Source: Draconibacterium sp. (GTDB lineage: Bacteria; Bacteroidota; Bacteroidia; Bacteroidales; Prolixibacteraceae). From it: DNA of 64,000 bases. A program made the translations under genes and the position numbers. The notes below the pieces were generated by a model. The model saw only the letters and a program-made list of their open reading frames with translations, did not search any database and was not told the origin of the DNA. This document shows positions 1 to 8,445 of this stretch, piece by piece (the stretch's first letter is position 1; each line of letters begins with the position of its first letter). Location: NCBI GenBank assembly GCA_041554075.1, contig JBFFMM010000001.1, positions 816-64,815 of the forward strand. Direction: 5' to 3'.

Positions 1-162
1 GGCGGTGGAAAAGAAGTAATAATAGAAAGTTCTAAATCTACTTTTGAGATGCTTCGACATACTCTTGGTACTCTAATTTCAGGAGAGAATACCGGAGGAA
101 ATGTTTGCCGTTTTTATTCAGTATTAGTGGAAAATGTTATTCAAATGATTTGGATTCTATAA
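1..162 (+). CDS. possible 3' end of an ORF running in from the window edge
   Basis: Frame 1 is open for 53 codons to TAA at 160-162; no recognisable motif. Confidence 0.2.
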   Translation, partial: GGGKEVIIESSKSTFEMLRHTLGTLISGENTGGNVCRFYSVLVENVIQMIWIL

Positions 163-304
163 TAGAAGCAATTGTTCATAACTATAGAGTTCAAATTTCA
201 TTTGCAGTTCTGAATAATGTATATTTATAATGCTAAAAATCAGAGATTCATATAGGTTTGATAAAATCTACTATGTGAAAAACAATATCAATAAACCCGT
301 AAAT

Positions 305-2410
305 ATGTATTTATCTCAGCTAAAACTGTGGAATTTTAGAAAATATGGAATAAAAGGAGATAGTATTGATTCCGCCGAGTCGGGCTTAACGGTGCAATTC
401 CAAAAAGGCGTAAATGTACTAGTTGGAGAAAATGATTCTGGAAAAACAGCAATTATTGATGCTATTCGTTACGTTCTAAAAACACAAAGTCAAGAATTTA
501 TACAACTCGATGAAAAAGATTTCTATAAAGAAGGAAATAATAGGGCTACTGAGTTGAAAATCGAATGTACCTTTTCTGGTTTTAATCCGGTTAATGCAGG
601 TCACTTTCTTGAATGGATTGGTTTTGACGAAAACAATAAATACCAACTAAAAGTTTGGCTTACTGCTAAACGAAAAGACAATAGTATTTATCCTAAGATT
701 AGTGCAGGAGCTGATTTAGATGGTGCCTATTTGGAAGGAGAAGCACGAAATCTTTTAAGGGTAATTTACTTGAAACCACTTCGTGATGCCTTGACAGAAA
801 TGACACATGGTAGAAAATCTAGATTAGCACAGATTTTAAAAAGCTTAAATGCATTTAAAGACAAAGCTGATGAAACAGGAACGAGAAAAAAACACGATTT
901 AGAAAATTACCACAATTCTTATGGTAAAAAGGTAAACAAATACTTCAACAAAGACGATAAAGGGAAACAAATAAGAAAAACGATTAATGAATTTCTAACG
1001 GAAGATTTTCTGTTTCGTGGAGAAGACCGTAAAGCAGGAATTAAAATAGAAGATTCAGAGCTTAGTGAGATTTTAAGAGAACTGGACTTGGTTCTTGAGG
1101 AAAATAAATCAGGCTTGGGTTCTCTCAATTTGTTATGTATGGCTGCTGAGCTATTGCATTTAAAAGAAAAGGTTACAGGATTAAAACTAACCCTAATTGA
1201 AGAGTTGGAGGCCCATTTACATCCTCAATATCAACTTACAGTAATTGATTTTATCGAGAAAAATCAGAATAAGTATGGTCAATTTATTTTAACGACTCAT
1301 AGCACTACACTTGCTTCCAAAATTGATTTAGAAAAACTTATTATTTGTCAAAGAAACAATGGTGTTTTTCCGATGGGGCATAAATTCACCCAGTTGGAAA
1401 GAGGAGATTATCAATTTTTACAGCGTTTTTTGGATGCAACAAAAGCGAATTTATTTTTTGCGCGGGGAGTAATTATTGTTGAGGGTGATGTCGAAAACTT
1501 ATTAATTCCAACAATTGCAAATATAATCGGAAGACCACTTCATACCTACGGAGTGTCAATTGTTAATGTAGGAAGTACTGCATTTAAAAGATATGCTCAG
1601 ATATTTTTACGGAAAAGTAAAAATGATAAAAAACATCAAGATGATTGGCTGGGAATGCCAGTCTCCATAATATCCGACTTAGACATTAAGAGTTTCGATT
1701 TTTACAAAGAAAAGGAGAAAAAAGACAGACCCAAATACATCTTTATATCAGATGAGATTGCTCAAAAACTAGCACAGTATCCTGACTACATTGATTTTAA
1801 TGGAATAGAAGGAAGTGTTTATTCTTCAATTAGTAATTTCTGGGAAAGAGAAAAACACAGAAAATTGGTATCTCGGTTTGCCACTGGAATAAAATCAGAA
1901 ATAGAATCCATTCTGGAAGATAGTACAGTTGAGATTACTGAAGAAATAATTACTGAAATTAGAACGATAACTAAAAAAGTTAAGACCAATGAATATCCAT
2001 TACAGAATGTAAATCTTTTTATATCTCCAAACTGGACTCTGGAATATGAAATAGCTTCTAGTGTTATTAAAGAAGACTTAATTAAAGCCGTTCAATGTGC
2101 TAAAATCCTAAAAAACGATGCAGCAACTTGTCTAGATGAGGAATTAATGGAAATGGCAACCAAACAAGCCAGTATTATTGATGAAAAATTGGCAGGCAAG
2201 GAGCCCAATGAGATTGCATATGCAATTTTCAAACCTATTAATGATGGAGAGGTATCTAAAGCAGTTACAGCGCAGTGCTTAGCGATGCTACTTGAAAAGG
2301 ACAAAGAGACCTATAAGACACTAATTGAAGAAGATAAATATCTCAGTTACATATGTAAAGCAATCTACTATGTAACTGAGCCTGCTGAAAAAGGAGGGAA
2401 TGATGACTAA
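305..2410 (+). CDS. gajA: OLD-family ATP-dependent endonuclease (ABC ATPase + TOPRIM), Gabija GajA-like
   Basis: MYLSQLKLWNFRK start (ATG 305, in frame with ORF 230), Walker A GENDSGKT, LIEELEAHLHP, TTHS, TOPRIM VEGDVE and SDLD; overlaps the downstream UvrD gene. Confidence 0.85.
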   Translation: MYLSQLKLWNFRKYGIKGDSIDSAESGLTVQFQKGVNVLVGENDSGKTAIIDAIRYVLKTQSQEFIQLDEKDFYKEGNNRATELKIECTFSGFNPVNAGHFLEWIGFDENNKYQLKVWLTAKRKDNSIYPKISAGADLDGAYLEGEARNLLRVIYLKPLRDALTEMTHGRKSRLAQILKSLNAFKDKADETGTRKKHDLENYHNSYGKKVNKYFNKDDKGKQIRKTINEFLTEDFLFRGEDRKAGIKIEDSELSEILRELDLVLEENKSGLGSLNLLCMAAELLHLKEKVTGLKLTLIEELEAHLHPQYQLTVIDFIEKNQNKYGQFILTTHSTTLASKIDLEKLIICQRNNGVFPMGHKFTQLERGDYQFLQRFLDATKANLFFARGVIIVEGDVENLLIPTIANIIGRPLHTYGVSIVNVGSTAFKRYAQIFLRKSKNDKKHQDDWLGMPVSIISDLDIKSFDFYKEKEKKDRPKYIFISDEIAQKLAQYPDYIDFNGIEGSVYSSISNFWEREKHRKLVSRFATGIKSEIESILEDSTVEITEEIITEIRTITKKVKTNEYPLQNVNLFISPNWTLEYEIASSVIKEDLIKAVQCAKILKNDAATCLDEELMEMATKQASIIDEKLAGKEPNEIAYAIFKPINDGEVSKAVTAQCLAMLLEKDKETYKTLIEEDKYLSYICKAIYYVTEPAEKGGNDD

Positions 2411-4475
2411 GAAGAGTTTTGCAACAGATAGTGAGATAATGCATGCTTCAGAGGTTTTACTTCCTGAGGGTTACTGCTTTTTAGATGATGCAGAAAAAGT
2501 AGAAATAATTAAGTGCAATGAATCTAAAGATATCGTTGCATGCCCTGGCAGTGGAAAAACAACAACTTTGCTCGCAAAGCTCCTGATTCTGGCAAACAGA
2601 ATGCCTCTCGATAAGAATAAAGGAATCTGTGTTCTCACTCATACTAATGTTGCAATTGATGAAATTAAAGATAAGTTAGGAAGCAAAGCAGATGTTCTTT
2701 TCCGATATCCAAATCACTTTGGAACAATACAATCTTTTGTAGATAAATATTTGGCAATACCCTATTACACAGATGTCAACAAAAAGAAAATTAACTCAAT
2801 TTCTAATGAATTGTATGGGCATGAAATTGTAACCATTTTCAAGTATGAAATATACAAGCTAAGACGGAACCAGTTATCCAAAAACATATGGTCAATCGTC
2901 AAAAGCTTTTCTTTCAATGGAGATGAGGATACTTTTTTATCAAACCTTAGAATTATAAGAGTAGGAGAAAATCAGGAAATAGCTAAAAATGATGGAAGAA
3001 TACTTTCATTTAATAAACCTAAAAGTAGGAATCAACGAAACTATACTGATTGGAAAGAAAGAGAAAAAGTTGAGCTGAAAGAATGGTTTATAAACCTGAT
3101 AAATATTGTTCATACTAAAAGAGGCACATTGTCATATGATGATGCATACACATATGCTGAGAATTATATTCAAACTTACCCAAAGACTATTAAAGCATTA
3201 TCTTCTAGATTTCATTATGTTTTTATTGATGAAATGCAAGACACTGCCTTACATCAAATAAAGTTATTAGATAAAACCTTTGATTTCAAAAAGACAATTA
3301 TCCAACGCTTTGGCGACCCTTTTCAATCAATTTATAACAAAGTAAGTATTGAGGAAATATGGAAACCCAGAGATTTTCTATCTATAAACACAAGTTGTAG
3401 ATTTGGTGAAACCATAACTTCTGTTTTAAAAACAGTATGCATTGGAAATAATTCCGATTTAAAGGCATCAGGAGATATTCAATCTCATCAGCCAATTATG
3501 ATTGTTTACGAAAATCCAGACGAAGTACTACCTAAATATTGTGAACTATTATTGAATAGAAATATAGATTATGATGGAGAGCAACTGTCTGTATTTGAAG
3601 TATCAAAAAGAGAACGCAGACCAATAAAAGCTGTTGGTTGGGTGGGCAAGGCGTTGGATGAAAAATACCCTGAAAGATTTAAGCTTAAATCTTATTTTGA
3701 GGATTATCATAAGGAAGTAAAGAAGAAAGATAAAGTAGATTACACATCATTGAAAAGTTTCTTAAGAAAGTTGGAAGGAGCAAAAGTTAAGGATTATAAA
3801 AATAAGATTATCGAAGCAATGCTGCATATTCTGCGAATCGAAGGGAAAACATATGCAAAAAATGGGCGCAATTATTTCTATACAAAGACAACTTTTCTTT
3901 CTGCTCTTGATGAAACTGAACGGCTTGAAAAATTCAATAAGTCATGTTCAAAATGGATTAGCAAACTGAACAAAACCAATTCGATTAATGAAAATACCGT
4001 TGATAAAGTCAGAAAACATTTCATTAAAAAGTTATTCCCGGTTTTTGGCATAAACTCAGCGAATCCTGAAGTAGTAAGTTTTTTAAATAATGAAATTAGT
4101 GACGAAGCTTTTAATGTAAAAACAATTGAATTAAGCAATATTTATAAGTATCCAGAAAATGGAGAAGTAAAAGTTGAAGTATCCAATATTCATCAAGTAA
4201 AAGGAGAAACACATACTGCTACACTTTATATGGAAACATGGTATCAGAGTAATTTTGAGAGTGAGTCAATTGCTCCTCAAATAATGGGAGAACCTTACGT
4301 ACAACCCAAGAACAAAAAAGACACGTACACAAAAGAAACTTTGAAAATGGCGTATGTTGGAATGAGCCGTCCAAGGTTTTTATTGTGTATGGCTATTCAT
4401 AAAGACCGATACGATGAAGCCTTTAATATTTACAAAGGAGGTTTGTGGGAAATAGTAAAAACATATAACAATTAA
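2400..4475 (+). CDS. gajB: UvrD/Rep SF1 helicase, Gabija GajB-like
   Basis: ACPGSGKTT, VLTHTN, FIDEMQD, FGDPFQSIY, IHQVKGETH, YVGMSR; overlaps the end of the OLD nuclease gene. Confidence 0.85.
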   Translation: MMTKKSFATDSEIMHASEVLLPEGYCFLDDAEKVEIIKCNESKDIVACPGSGKTTTLLAKLLILANRMPLDKNKGICVLTHTNVAIDEIKDKLGSKADVLFRYPNHFGTIQSFVDKYLAIPYYTDVNKKKINSISNELYGHEIVTIFKYEIYKLRRNQLSKNIWSIVKSFSFNGDEDTFLSNLRIIRVGENQEIAKNDGRILSFNKPKSRNQRNYTDWKEREKVELKEWFINLINIVHTKRGTLSYDDAYTYAENYIQTYPKTIKALSSRFHYVFIDEMQDTALHQIKLLDKTFDFKKTIIQRFGDPFQSIYNKVSIEEIWKPRDFLSINTSCRFGETITSVLKTVCIGNNSDLKASGDIQSHQPIMIVYENPDEVLPKYCELLLNRNIDYDGEQLSVFEVSKRERRPIKAVGWVGKALDEKYPERFKLKSYFEDYHKEVKKKDKVDYTSLKSFLRKLEGAKVKDYKNKIIEAMLHILRIEGKTYAKNGRNYFYTKTTFLSALDETERLEKFNKSCSKWISKLNKTNSINENTVDKVRKHFIKKLFPVFGINSANPEVVSFLNNEISDEAFNVKTIELSNIYKYPENGEVKVEVSNIHQVKGETHTATLYMETWYQSNFESESIAPQIMGEPYVQPKNKKDTYTKETLKMAYVGMSRPRFLLCMAIHKDRYDEAFNIYKGGLWEIVKTYNN

Positions 4476-4478
4476 GAT

Positions 4479-4868
4479 ATGCATCCAGAAGACAAAGAAA
4501 TTATAGAACTAAAAAAAGCCATTCCTAATGAAAAAGTTTTGCAAGTTCTTGAGAGATATAAAAAAGAATATGGCTTTGCTGATTATTATGGAGCGTTAGA
4601 TTCAATGGCTTATAAGCTAGGTATTAGTTGGGGAAACGAATTAATCGCTGATAATACAACGAATAAAGATGCTGGTTATATACCATTCGTAAATTATTCT
4701 GCTGAAAATGCTTTATACGAACCACCAGGAAAACGAGATTTAATCTCAGGTCCTTACAAGAAATTAGCAGATAGTAAGCGATTTGCGACTAAAGAAATCA
4801 TCTACAGGCTAATGAGAATTGAAAATATCGAAAAACTTGTATTCTCAGAACCCCACTTTCCCAAATAA
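4479..4868 (+). CDS. hypothetical protein (129 aa) in the Gabija operon
   Basis: ATG 3 nt after the gajB stop, same strand; no recognisable domain. Confidence 0.6.
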   Translation: MHPEDKEIIELKKAIPNEKVLQVLERYKKEYGFADYYGALDSMAYKLGISWGNELIADNTTNKDAGYIPFVNYSAENALYEPPGKRDLISGPYKKLADSKRFATKEIIYRLMRIENIEKLVFSEPHFPK

Positions 4869-4904
4869 GAAAAATTGCAAACCTTCATATTAACCAAACA
4901 GCAT

Positions 4905-5612
4905 ATGCCAATCAATTTTGAATCAATCAGACTCTATTGCAAAAAAAGAAAAAGGGCTAGGAACATCAAGAAAAACAGAGATAGTGTACCTCCATATCTC
5001 AAAAAGACATTTGTTGAAGAATTAAACTATAAACTTTGGATTACTAAATCAGCTCGTTTTGTCGCGGCAGACAGATGTAAAAGACTTCATCTACTGTCAA
5101 TGAAAACAATTGGTTATTTAACTGCATATATCATTCTTGTAAGTCTTATTCAAGTTTATCAATTTGAAATATTTACAAAAATTCCTGAAAACTATTTCGC
5201 ATTTACTATAACTGCGTTGTCAATCCTTATATTAATATTCAGCCAGTTTGAAAATGCATATAATTTTCAATATTTATCCATTCAGTATCATAACTGTGCT
5301 AGGGAAATTTCGTCCCTATATAATCAACACAGAATAATTAAAACATTTGAGAACCACACGGAAAAGGAGCGCGAGTTCGAGCAAATTTCTAAGGAATATG
5401 ATGTAGTATTATCTAGGTTTGAAAATCATGAAAAGCTCGATATGGAAAAAGCACAAATTGGCAAACCATATTTTCAGTTATCTAAATATCAGGCTTTTAT
5501 TATAAAACGGAAGTTCTACTTTAATTACTTTTTTAAATATCATTTTTTTATTTGGAGTCCATTGGTTGTTTTCATTTTATACCAGCTCTATTGCTTTTTA
5601 GGTAGTTCTTAA
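4905..5612 (+). CDS. SLATT-domain (SLATT_5-like) membrane effector
   Basis: KLWITKSARF..ADR, two hydrophobic helices, YHNCAREI, Y..VL..FENHEKLD, C-terminal TM; start uncertain (TTG 4875 or ATG 4905). Confidence 0.7.
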   Translation: MPINFESIRLYCKKRKRARNIKKNRDSVPPYLKKTFVEELNYKLWITKSARFVAADRCKRLHLLSMKTIGYLTAYIILVSLIQVYQFEIFTKIPENYFAFTITALSILILIFSQFENAYNFQYLSIQYHNCAREISSLYNQHRIIKTFENHTEKEREFEQISKEYDVVLSRFENHEKLDMEKAQIGKPYFQLSKYQAFIIKRKFYFNYFFKYHFFIWSPLVVFILYQLYCFLGSS

Positions 5613-5713
5613 AATCTTAAAAAGAACAGTCAGTCGCACTTCCAAGGATTCTAATTTTGTATTCTACAGTTGTTGATATAATTAATTGCTTTTGACAGAA
5701 CGGTTTGTAATCC

Positions 5714-5857
5714 TCAAAAATATTTTTCAACATCAAACTCGTCAACCTCTTCATCAGAAGTAGAAGCAATATTCAGCTCAAAACTCCCTAATTGCAAATC
5801 AATCAAACCTAAAATTCGCTTTTGGTAATTCTTGTAAGTTGCTGCCAGTTGCTCAAC
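5714..5857 (-). pseudogene. orphan 3' tail no. 1 of the TraD/DUF4122-like gene
   Basis: Minus strand reads VEQLAATYKNYQKRILGLIDLQLGSFELNIASTSDEEVDEFDVEKYF*, which aligns to the C-terminus of the gene ending at 63581; no start or 5' part. Confidence 0.75.
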
Positions 5858-5880
5858 ATTTATCTAGCCTCAATAGTGTG

Positions 5881-5896
5881 TAAACAAATTTGTTTA
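5881..5896. promoter_or_regulatory. perfect 16-bp palindrome, probable antitoxin autoregulatory operator
   Basis: TAAACAAATTTGTTTA ending 18 nt before the ATG (5915) of an XRE-HTH gene. Confidence 0.55.
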
Positions 5897-5914
5897 TATT
5901 GCGTAGAGTTAATT

Positions 5915-6433
5915 ATGAGCAGCTTAGATAAAAATATTGAACTGATAAAGGGAATTCATCCGGGAATTATCCTCGAGAGGGAGTTGAAAAAAAGAAAACT
6001 TCCTAAACGCCGCCTTGCAATTTTAATTGGTGAGTATCCTCAACTTTTAGGAGATATAACCAAAGGGAAGCGTCGCATTAATCCCTCTTTGTCAATAAGA
6101 CTGGGCAATACGCTTGGGGTAGATGAAAGTTTCTTTTTATTGTTGCAAGCCTATTCCGATATTGAGCAGGAAAAGAAAAAACGAGCACTTCAGAATAAAC
6201 CTGATTTATTGAAGCTTCGCCCGGCATTATTTTGGGATACAGATATTAATTCCATTAATTGGGAAAAGAATAAAGCAGCCATTATTAAGCGTATTTTTGA
6301 ACGGGGTAACGAGCAGGAGTTGGAGGAGATTATCGGCTTTTATGGGAAGAACGAAATTGAAAAAGTTTTAAGGAAACTAAAAGACAGTTCGCCAAATATT
6401 GCTAAAAAGATAAACAAAATCCTCTGTGAATAG
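5915..6433 (+). CDS. HigA-type XRE/HTH antitoxin fused to a DUF6922-like domain
   Basis: IHPGIILERELK..LAILIG..GKRRINPSLSIRL N-terminus; LFWDTD...IIKRIFERG...FYG C-terminus. Confidence 0.75.
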   Translation: MSSLDKNIELIKGIHPGIILERELKKRKLPKRRLAILIGEYPQLLGDITKGKRRINPSLSIRLGNTLGVDESFFLLLQAYSDIEQEKKKRALQNKPDLLKLRPALFWDTDINSINWEKNKAAIIKRIFERGNEQELEEIIGFYGKNEIEKVLRKLKDSSPNIAKKINKILCE

Positions 6434-6443
6434 TGTATAAACT

Positions 6444-6611
6444 TCAATACCCCACATACTCCCCAATATCAAATCCCATTAACTCATCACCACGCTTAAC
6501 ACCTGAAACTGGTTGCTCCAACCTCCCCAAATGCAAATCAATCAAAGCTGTAATCCGCTTGGCATTATTTTCGGAGGAAGATGCCAGTTGCTCCACCCAA
6601 TCGGTATTTTC
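6444..6611 (-). pseudogene. orphan 3' tail no. 2 of the TraD/DUF4122-like gene
   Basis: Reads ENTDWVEQLASSSENNAKRITALIDLHLGRLEQPVSGVKRGDELMGFDIGEYVGY*; 30 of 31 residues identical to the intact gene over NTDW..GRLE; direct DNA repeat of about 63600-63743. Confidence 0.9.
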
Positions 6612-6858
6612 AGAATGTAGTATTCCTGGTTCTAAAACGGACTCGGATTAGTAATATTCAACTTCATAATTTTATCAATCCTGAAAGGTTGATTTTAAAA
6701 GAAAGAGTAAGTTGACAAACTAATAATTCGGAGAATTTTTTGAACTCGATTATCTATCTATTTTCCACAAACTAAAGGCTTGTATAGACTAATAAAAATT
6801 ACTATCACAGCTTGAAGTATTAAAGAAATATTTTAGTGGTATTTGATATAATCTAGTA

Positions 6859-6878
6859 TTTGTAACATCTGTTACAAA
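6859..6878. promoter_or_regulatory. palindrome TTTGTAACA-TC-TGTTACAAA, candidate Crp/Fnr (HcpR-type) site
   Basis: Perfect 9-bp arms 60 nt upstream of the first narK; GTAAC-N4-GTTAC core. Confidence 0.55.
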
Positions 6879-6938
6879 ATACCGTTAAGATTAACAGTAT
6901 TTTCATACACTTATTCAACTACCATAAAACCATACTGA

Positions 6939-8435
6939 ATGGAACAAGTCGCCACTTTGAAATCCCACCGAATGCTCTTTTTTAATACCCTTGCTTTTAC
7001 CGTATGTTTTGCGGTTTGGATGCTAAATGGTGTATTGGTAACTTTTTTAGTTAACAACCAGGTTTTCGATTGGGGACCGGTAAAAATTGGCTGGTTAATG
7101 GGAATTCCAGTTTTAACCGGGGCAATCTTTCGTTTACCTGCCGGAATTCTTACCGATAAATTTGGGGGGAAATGGGTGTATGGAATTCTACTTCTTATCT
7201 GTTCAGTTCCACTGTTTTTGCTTTCAACAGCCAACACCTTTTTCTTTTTTGCTTTATATAGTTTTGGTTTTGGTTTAACCGGTGTAAGTTTTGCGATTGG
7301 CATTGCCTACACTTCGGTTTGGTACCCGAAACACAGGCAGGGAACCGCACTTGGTATTTTTGGTGCTGGTAATGCAGGTGCCGCCATTACAACACTTTTG
7401 GCTCCATCTATTTTAAATTGGTTAACGGATAACGGAGCGAATATTGAAGGCTGGAGAAAACTTCCATTAATTTATGGTGGCGCATTAATTATTATGGGAA
7501 TTATATTCTTGTTATTTACCGAAAACAAAAAACCAGCATCTACCAATAAGAATATGAAACAGATTTTAAGTCCGTTAAAAAATATACGGGTTTGGCGTTT
7601 TGGAATGTATTACTTTTTAGTGTTTGGTTGTTTTGTGGCTTTCTCGCAATGGCTGGTTCCTTATTTTGTAAATGTGTATTATTTGCCCCTGGTAACCGCC
7701 GGAATATTTGCCGCGTTGTTTAGTTTGCCTTCGGGTGTAATTCGAGCTATGGGTGGCTGGTTGTCAGACATTTACGGAGCACGAAAAATTATGTACTGGG
7801 TTTTGGGAGCTTCAGTAGCAATCAGTGCTTTGCTTTTTATTCCGAAAATGGAAATTATTTCGCCCGGACAAGGAATTATGGCGAAACAAGATGGTGTGGT
7901 AACCTTTGTTTCCGATAATATGGTTAAAGTAGGCGAAAAAGAATATCCGGTTAAAGTAAAAAGTGGGGAATCGGAAAATCTGGACGATAAACTTTTAGTA
8001 CTTCCCTCAAAAGTAGCCTGGCAGGAACCTGTTGTAAAAGTAGGCGATAAAGTGGTTCGGAAACAATTACTTGTAAAAGGAGTAACCAAAATATATTTTC
8101 AGGCGAACGTATGGATTTTTGCCGTTTTGGTAATATTAATTGGAAGTATTTGGGGCATTGGAAAAGCCGCAGTTTACAAACACATTCCCGATTATTTTCC
8201 CGAAGAAGTTGGAGTAGTTGGAGGAATGGTGGGAGTACTCGGTGGTCTCGGTGGTTTTTTCTGCCCAATTATTTTTGGATATCTTTTAAAAGGCACTGGT
8301 TTATGGACTTCGTGTTGGTTGTTTATGTTGTTCTTATCGGCGCTTTGTTTGATTTGGATGCACCGTACAATAACTAAAATGAACAGACAAAGTTCTCCTG
8401 AAATTGCATTAAATATTGAAGCTAAACAAAACTAA
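6939..8435 (+). CDS. narK: NarK/NasA-family nitrate/nitrite MFS transporter with an inserted soluble domain
   Basis: FRLPAGILTDKFGG, QGTALGIFGAGNAG, GGMVGVLGGLGGF nitrate signatures; about 85-aa hydrophilic insert. Confidence 0.9.
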   Translation: MEQVATLKSHRMLFFNTLAFTVCFAVWMLNGVLVTFLVNNQVFDWGPVKIGWLMGIPVLTGAIFRLPAGILTDKFGGKWVYGILLLICSVPLFLLSTANTFFFFALYSFGFGLTGVSFAIGIAYTSVWYPKHRQGTALGIFGAGNAGAAITTLLAPSILNWLTDNGANIEGWRKLPLIYGGALIIMGIIFLLFTENKKPASTNKNMKQILSPLKNIRVWRFGMYYFLVFGCFVAFSQWLVPYFVNVYYLPLVTAGIFAALFSLPSGVIRAMGGWLSDIYGARKIMYWVLGASVAISALLFIPKMEIISPGQGIMAKQDGVVTFVSDNMVKVGEKEYPVKVKSGESENLDDKLLVLPSKVAWQEPVVKVGDKVVRKQLLVKGVTKIYFQANVWIFAVLVILIGSIWGIGKAAVYKHIPDYFPEEVGVVGGMVGVLGGLGGFFCPIIFGYLLKGTGLWTSCWLFMLFLSALCLIWMHRTITKMNRQSSPEIALNIEAKQN

Positions 8436-8445
8436 TACCGCCACA

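Noticed and set aside
230-304. N-terminal extension of GajA given by the ORF track
   Set aside because: The family-typical start MYLSQLKL begins at ATG 305; likewise I trimmed starts at 5822, 8416, 10045, 30357 and 50156
6433-6651. 72-aa plus-strand ORF after the antitoxin as a candidate toxin
   Set aside because: It is the antisense reading of the traD-like tail at 6444-6611 and has no toxin motif
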